Assembly: GCA_964016885.1 (NCBI GenBank)
Contig: OZ024740.1
Location: 424,514,001 to 424,578,000 of the forward strand
Direction: 5' to 3'
Length of the DNA stretch: 64,000 nucleotides
DNA from: Eledone cirrhosa
Taxonomy: Eukaryota
The position numbers were made by a program, and so were the translations under genes. The notes beneath the pieces are model-generated. The model saw nothing but the letters and a program-made list of their open reading frames with translations, did not search any database and was not told the origin of the DNA. Below are positions 56,880-64,000 of the stretch, piece after piece. Positions within the stretch are counted from its first letter, which is position 1. The number at the start of each line of letters is the position of its first letter.

Positions 56880-58675
56880 TAAAAGGAAAAGAAAATGCTG
56901 ACAAATTGTTCCCAGTGAAAAATAGTTTAATTAGGAATAAGTAAAAATTAGTAATAAGTATTGGTTAGTATTCAGTTTTAGTTTTAAGTTTTTACCGGTT
57001 GCGCATTTCTAATGCTTTTCAAAAATAATTTTGAGATAGAGCGCCTGTGATGTTTGCTCTAATCTGATCAGTTTTGGAAATTCTACCTGTTTTATGTGAA
57101 AAAAGTGTCTCCAGAGGTATTAAAATAAGTTTCGCGCCAATTCGTATTGCAAAACTTTTTGTGGTCAAAACAATTTTGATTGGTCGGTAGAGGTCACGTG
57201 AATGTTAAAAATGGATTTTGCGCTAAATGTAGGTTTGTCGAAGAGTGTCCTTTTTCGCCAGATTGAGAAGTCACTGAAAAATAAGTCTTTTAAGACAAAT
57301 ATGTGTGTGTGTGTGTGTAGTAAAGAGGTTCATTGTTGTGATAATAGTCAGTAGGGATGTGTGTGTGAATTGCAGTCATGTTGAAAGGTCAACAGTTCAG
57401 GTGCCTATTAAGACAAATATGTGTGTGTGTGTGTGGTGTGTGTGTGTGTGTGTGTGTGTAGCAGAGTAATTCGTGGTAGAGGGATCGGTCAGTAGGAATG
57501 TGTCTGTACGTGTGTGGGGATATTTTAACATGTTGAAAGGGATTTTTCAGCTCTTGTCTTATAAAGTGTGTATATATGTCTCTTTGTATGCTAGTGTACG
57601 CGTGTGTATTTGTGTGTGTATATATATGTGTGTGTGTGTGTGTATATGTGTGTATGTGTGTGTGTGTGGGGGGGGGCAGTATTTTTGTGATACTGGTAAA
57701 AATGGTGTACATTATTCGATATTTTCAGCAAAAACGATTCTCTCAAGAGAACATCAAAAACATTAATAATAAAAGGTGTGAAATGATATATAGTATTGTC
57801 ATAACACCAACGTGTGTGTGAGTGTCCAGATTGTACGTACTGCAAGGGGAATCCATTAGGCCCTGCCGTATTGGAATACTTGTGTACAAATATGTATGTG
57901 CCCATCAGTGTGCAATGCATGTGTGTGTGTCGGCACGTTTATATCTATAGACATCAAAAGGTATGCACATTTGTGTATATTTGTGTTGCACCATAGAACA
58001 TGTGTGTTTACGTATGTTATTGTGTTTATATGTGGATAGAGATGTATGCTGATGTAGGTAGGTATCTTGACGTGTGTATGTTGTGGGTTCGTCTTAGGGA
58101 GAAGTGTTTAGACGGGGTCCGTATTTGTTAATAAAATGAGATTCCTTGCTGATGCGCTGGGTGTGGGTGGCATTATTTTAAAATTTGTATAGGGGAAAGA
58201 TTCTAAAGTTGGGATGATTTTGGGCGGCACAGGTATCAATGTGTTCACTCAGTGGTATTTTCCTGTATTCCCGTATTTTAATTTGGGATCTATGGACAGT
58301 CATGCGCTGGTGGGGGCTGTTTTGGGTCTGGCCTATGTATTGTTCTCGACAACCTGAGCAAGTTAATACATATATTAGATTTTCTGATGCGCATGTGAAA
58401 TTGTATTTTACTGTAAAACGTTGTCCTTCTTTGAAATAGAATTACGAACCCTCTATTAGGTTGATGCATATGCCACAGTTGGGTCTATCGCATTTTTTAC
58501 TGTGGGTTTCGTTGTTGTGGTTGGCAGTACTTTGGCATGTGTTAGGATATTTTTCATTGACTTAGATTGTCTTTTGCTCTTTATGATATCGTGTGTTCGA
58601 AGGATTTGGTTCATTCTATGGTCCTTTTTAACACAGGGATGTTCTGGAGACTATAGTACAGATTCTCTTGGCTAA
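56877..58675 (-). mobile_element. Penelope-like element (Neptune-type), 5'-truncated, with long 3' UTR and family G-like terminus
   Basis: Coding part at ~58095-58670, then ~1.2 kb UTR, ending at (TA)n. Confidence 0.8.
58095..58625 (-). pseudogene. GIY-YIG endonuclease of PLE (frameshift + 2 stops)
   Basis: Hand translation IIKSKRQSKSMKNILTHAK..KCDRPNCGICINLIEGS*FYFKEGQRFTVKYNFTCASENLIYVLTCSGCREQYIGQTQNSPHQRMTVHRSQIK..PLSEHIDTC..FRIFPLYKF*..RISKESHFINKYGPRLN. Confidence 0.88.
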
Positions 58676-58728
58676 GTTATATATATATATATAAACACAT
58701 TTGCATATATGTATGTATATAAATCTAG

Positions 58729-58784
<56 letters not shown>

Positions 58785-58786
<2 letters not shown>

Positions 58787-59600
58787 TAGCTGAGGTACCC
58801 GGTAATACCCGGGAACGGGTATGAGGGTATTCCCAGTTCCCATTAAAATGCCCAATGCCTCTCAGTTCAAATATGAAATCAAAATATACTACAGATAATC
58901 AAATGCGAAGACAAATTCATTTACGAAACAATAATACAAATAAATATTGTTGATTGCATTGGTCAGATGAAAAAATGTTTGTCAGAGAAGTTGAGTGTTG
59001 CTATAAGGAAAAAGAGTGTCTTAATGTTATTGAAATTTGTTGAGATTTTGTGAATAGGCATCATAGCTTGTCATTTACCTATGGTTTAAATTTCATATGA
59101 ATTGAAGGGAAAAAGTTTTCAACGGGGGTTTTGTGCCCCCGGGGAACCCTTTGATTAAAATGAAATATACTTATCCAAGTACCCTGGGCAATGTAGTTTC
59201 AGAATATATGTAGTTATGGGGGTCTATCTCCAAAACCATAACAGCAGTTCGTGAAATCTTGTTCCATTTGTTGGTCAAAATTTCACAATAGAGGGTTTAA
59301 CACCCATTAGGGTGTCTTAATATTAATGAAATTTGCTGAAATTTTGAGAATAAGCACCATATCTTGTCATTTACCTATGGTTTAAATTTCATATAAATCG
59401 AAGTGAAAAAATTAAGCGGGGGTTTCAGCGGGGGTTTGAAGCCCCGAGGAAACCTTTGATTAAAATAAAATATACGTAAGAAATCAAACGGGCATGAGCC
59501 CTCCACACGTGTCAAGTTTTATCACGATCGGTTTGATAATTTTTGAGTTTTAGATTCACAAACAGACAAACAGACAGAAATTGCCATTTATGTAAATAGA
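58785..59600 (+). mobile_element. Helentron/DINE-1-like non-autonomous element
   Basis: 5' ACTAG plus hairpin-like tacccggtaatacccggg. 3' acagacaaacagacag..tttatgtaaatagat. Internal duplicated blocks. Inserted in a TA tract. Confidence 0.62.
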
Positions 59601-59776
59601 TATATATAAATATATATTTGTGTATATATATATATTTAGATATTTAATGTATATATATATGCATAAATATCTAAATCCAGCTATATGTATATATGAATGT
59701 AACCTTGAACTATATTGTTAATAGGTCTGTTGTTCACTCACAAGAATGTATCAGGAATAGTTTCAAGAAATGGCCA

Positions 59777-60300
59777 GAACAACAACAATAACACACCACC
59801 GCCACCACCACCACCACCACCACGACGACCACCACCACCACGACGAGCACCACCACCAGCACAGCCATCACCAACAACAACAGCTCCCCACCACCACCAC
59901 CACCACCATGAACAGCAATAACACAGCCACCCTCCATCCACCACCACCAACAACAACATCTCCCCCATCGCCAACACCACAACCCCCAACACCTCCCCAC
60001 CACCACTATTACCACCAACAACAACCACATCACCGCCACAAACACCACCAACACAGCCGTCACCAACACCACAAACCACCACATCCACCAACACCTCCGC
60101 AACACCATCAACACCAACAACAACAACAACAACATCACCACCACAGACACCACCACCACCAACAACAACACCGCCCACCCCCCACCAACAACACATCACC
60201 ACCACCAACAACAACACCTCCCCACCACCACCACTACCAACAACAACAACACCTCCCCACCACCACTACTACCACCAATAACCCCCCCCCCCACCAATAA
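59777..60300. repeat. (CCA/CAA)n trinucleotide low-complexity tract
   Basis: Directly visible. Confidence 0.9.
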
Positions 60301-60549
60301 CACCGACCCTGTTACCAGTTAGCTAGCATGTAATACATTCAAATATTTTATAGCAATTTTATTTGGTCACAAATTTCAAGCAACAATATTGTAAACGTTC
60401 TTAAGACATTAAATCACTAGCTGAATTTTATGACTCAAAACAAGCAGAGAAACCAGACCCTTTCTGTGTCTGTATGTGGTGTCTGTATGTATGTGGTGTA
60501 TGTATGTGGTGTATGTATGTGGTGTATGTATGTGTGTGCTTGCTTGTGC

Positions 60550-60625
<76 letters not shown>

Positions 60626-60626
60626 G

Positions 60627-60697
<71 letters not shown>

Positions 60698-60764
60698 AAT
60701 ATATAAATTATATACATATATTGACATATATATATATATGGACACATATATATATATATATATG

Positions 60765-60815
<51 letters not shown>

Positions 60816-60877
60816 CAGAAGATCCCGTTAAGGGTGAAAGCAGCGATTCTTTGCTTAAACTTTAATCTGTTATTTTA

Positions 60878-60942
<65 letters not shown>

Positions 60943-61080
60943 TATAAATTATATACATATATGGATATATATATATGGACACACACATATATATATATAT
61001 ATGAACTTATATATATTTATAGAAATATGTAAAGTATGTATGCCCATATATATACATACATATATACACTTACACCACTC

Positions 61081-61169
<89 letters not shown>

Positions 61170-61190
61170 TATATATAAATATATATATAA

Positions 61191-61254
<64 letters not shown>

Positions 61255-61462
61255 CGTTTCTGAATTTGTTTAGCAAGATTCTTTATCTGAAAGCGTGTGT
61301 TGAAACCGATATTGTTATACTTTGGGAGGGTCATGTTGCCAATAAGAAACACACGCACCAGTTGCTTTCACTTCAATTTATTATAATGAATTTATAAATT
61401 TAGGAATTTATAAATTTCTGATTGGTTGGTTGGTTCCACAACCAGATAGTTGTTTATATATT

Positions 61463-61505
61463 GTCAAAGTTCTTTCGTCACACATTCTGTGACCTCTTCA
61501 GTGAC
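61463..61505 (-). ncRNA. Type I hammerhead ribozyme (family I, element ~61255-61570)
   Basis: Minus strand reads gtca-CTGAAGA-ggtcac agaatgt gtgac-GAAA-gaac-TT-tgac. Confidence 0.75.
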
Positions 61506-61569
61506 TGGGGATTCTTTTCTTTGTTTTTGTGCCTCTCCTTTGTTCTGTCCTACGCCATTTTGTTTCTGT

Positions 61570-63990
61570 GTCAGTAGGTCTGAGTGAAGGCAAGTCCGGT
61601 CACCCACATCATTGATGACCCTTTGGAGCTTGGAATCATCTGCGAAGATTATTATGTTGCTGTGCTTGATGATGTCAGTAATGTCACTAATGTAGATGAT
61701 GAAAAGAAGTGGGCCCAACATAGTGCCTTGTGGAGCGCCACTTCTGACTTTGGCAGGGCTTGATTTTACTCCTTCGACTACAACATGCTGGGTTCTGCCT
61801 GTCAGGAAACATTTGATCCACTGTAGTAACTTTCCAGAGACACCAATATTGGATAGTGTTTTCAGTAGAGTCTTATAATCAACCCTGTCAAAGGCCTTGC
61901 TGAAATCAAGGTAGATGATATCAGTGCTGGAGCCCTCTCCCAAGGCTTCAAAACATCGTCAAAGTGATGCAGGAGCTGCGTTAGGCAGTCCCTTCCATTA
62001 CGGAACCCATGTTGGTTGGAGTTCAGCAGGCCGTTGCTTTCAAGAAAGTGGGTTATTCGTGATCTCACCACCCTCTCAAATACCTTGATAATATGAGAGG
62101 TGAGTGAGATCGGACGGTAGTTCACTGCAAGGGACTTATTTCCCTTTTTGAAGACTGGGACAACGGACTGGGACAGAAGGTTTTCAGGAATATAGCCAGT
62201 GTCCAGTGAGTTCCTCCACAGATTAGCAAGAGGAGATGCAAGTTAGTGTCGCACACCTTCAGGACACAAGCAGGGAACCTGTCGGGGCCTACTGCTGAAT
62301 TGTGTTTAATTTCGTTTATTGCCGCAACGACATAAGGGGCGCCAAACGTTATGTCTGATATAGTGTGTTGGGGGTTAACATCACTGATACGGCCCAGATC
62401 TGCCATATCAGGATTGTTGAAACCAGAGCAGTATTGTTTCTGCAGTATCTCTCCCATGGTTTTGGCATTGTCTTGGAGTGTGCCATTTCCATCAACTAGG
62501 GGGCTAACAGTGGAGACAGTGACCATGTGTTTTTTAGCAAATGAAAAGAACACTTTGGGGTTGAGTTTGATTTTCTCAATGGCCGACCTCTCTTCAGCTG
62601 TTCTCTGGTTATTGGTGATGGTCTTCATGCTTTGTGGGAGGTTATATTTTTTTTTATTCAAGTAGGGCGATAGCCGTCGAATGTGTGTGTTGCTGTTGGC
62701 AGTATTTTAGTGTGTTAATTTTTCTGTTTGTTCTTTTTATTTTTCTGATAATTGTTTTTCTGTTTTTGGGGTACTGCACTTAGTTTTGTTCACAGGTTTT
62801 GGTGGGGTGTGTTTTGTATATATATTTGTGACAGTGTCTACAAAGATCTGCCAAGATGTTTTGATGTTGGTGGAAATGTGTGCATGTGTAAAAGACCAGT
62901 CAACATGTGATAGTTCGTTTATAATTGCATCCCAGTTGGCATTATAGAGATCCATGTTTCAAATAGGTGGGCTGGAAAGGGGTCCCTAGGATTAGCTTTT
63001 GGCTGGTGGAATCTCAGTTTACAAAGAACCATGTCATGGTAATATTATGTATAGTGTTAGTGTGGTTACTAAACACTAGATCCAGAATGTTCTTCTGGTG
63101 CCTTGTTGGTGCAAGGGCAAGATGGGACAAGAAAAACTCATTCATAAAGTCAAGAAGTGACTCGACTTCTTCTTTGTCAGTGGTAGAGGTTGGAGTGACT
63201 GGTTTCAAACTTATTGTAGACCAATCGACACAGGGTAGATTAAAGTCTCCCATCAAAAGTATGTTGCTAGAATGGCACTGTTGAATAAAGCATTTAATGC
63301 TGTTGAGGCATTCTTTGAAGCAGATTATGGGTGTTTGTGGTGGCCTATAGAGCCCAACTAATATCAGGTCATTGGCTTTGTTGTGCACAGTGACTGATTC
63401 ACAGTAGCTATTGGAGAATGTTGTGTTACCATCTGCTGTAAAGGAATGCAGGAAAAGGGCAGTTCCACCCTTCCTTCTGCCAACACGATCCACGCGGATA
63501 GTTGTGAAATTCCTCACTCTTACTTCGGCCTCCAAGTGGGAGTTGTCAAGGTGGGTCTAAGTAAGAATGAAGAAGGGGGTGTGAAATGGATGACTACCAA
63601 CCCAATCCTCAATGAATTGGATCTTCCATTTCTGTGCATTGATGGATGGGCTGATACCTTGTGTATTGAGTAAAAATGTGGAGGCTAGTGTGGTGGCTGG
63701 TTTTGACTGTTGCAGGGGGCTTGTTTTGAGATTGTGTGTTAGTGTCAGTATGGATGGTGTTGGGTGATGGCTAAAATGTTTTTCTGTATCTCTTTTGCCA
63801 GGTTCATGGCTAAAAAAGAAAAATGTTCTTGTTCAGGGAGCAGTTTTTGATTGGATTTGTGGTTACACCATTGGATAGGTTTGCAGTTCCCTCTTTTGTT
63901 GTTGTTGTTGTTGTTGAACGTATTGTAATTGTGTCTTTGTGAAAAGACTGGAGCAGCATTACTTTTGTTGTTGTTGTTTTTGTTGTTATA
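61570..63990 (-). mobile_element. CR1-like LINE (APE endonuclease + RT), multiply frameshifted, 3' end cut off by a family I element
   Basis: APE motifs RVDRVGRRKGGTAL, GLYRPP, LMGDFNLP and ILDLVFSN. RT motifs NYRPISLTSH, NQHGFR, IYLDFSKAFD, SGAPQGTMLGPLLF and IFADDSKL. Upstream 63700-63990 may be ORF1 remnant. Confidence 0.93.
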
Positions 63991-64000
63991 CACACACACA

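Noticed and set aside
59715-60300. His/Pro/Gln/Thr-rich ORFs
   Set aside because: All frames are open because of the (CCA/CAA)n tract. No domain or splice evidence.
61464-61570. C-terminal extension of the CR1 RT ORF (TQKQNGV...TKEL)
   Set aside because: Read-through into an adjacent family I hammerhead element, not RT sequence.

Overview
Eukaryotic, very AT-rich, repeat-saturated genomic DNA with no confidently identifiable host gene. An octopus/cephalopod origin is inferred from the extreme (TA)n/(CA)n/(TATG)n density and the dominant tRNA-derived SINE. Almost all supplied ORFs are microsatellite artefacts. Real coding remnants are all retroelements: two GIY-YIG Penelope-like elements (PLEs; one Naiad-type at ~13.8-15.6 kb, one Neptune-type at ~56.9-58.7 kb that the ORF track misses), a young Tx1/L1-clade LINE with a 22-bp TSD in a (TATC)n tract, CR1-like and RTE LINE fragments and a possible CRE-like fragment. 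There are also about 12 tRNA-SINE copies, hAT- and pogo-type MITEs, two Helentron-like non-autonomous elements and six minisatellite arrays, one with a 1266-bp higher-order duplication. The main finding is that most short 'unique' islands between the (TA)n tracts are non-coding 100-350 bp elements from more than 10 sequence families. Most families carry a type I hammerhead-ribozyme (HHR) fold (CUGANGA...GAAA...UH, often with a palindromic stem III), abut (TA)n at their 3' end and are often folded back into palindromes. Two families link directly to the 3' ends of the coding PLEs. Several families have non-canonical cores (CAGAAGA, CCGAYGA) or very long stem II inserts. All folds were done by eye.
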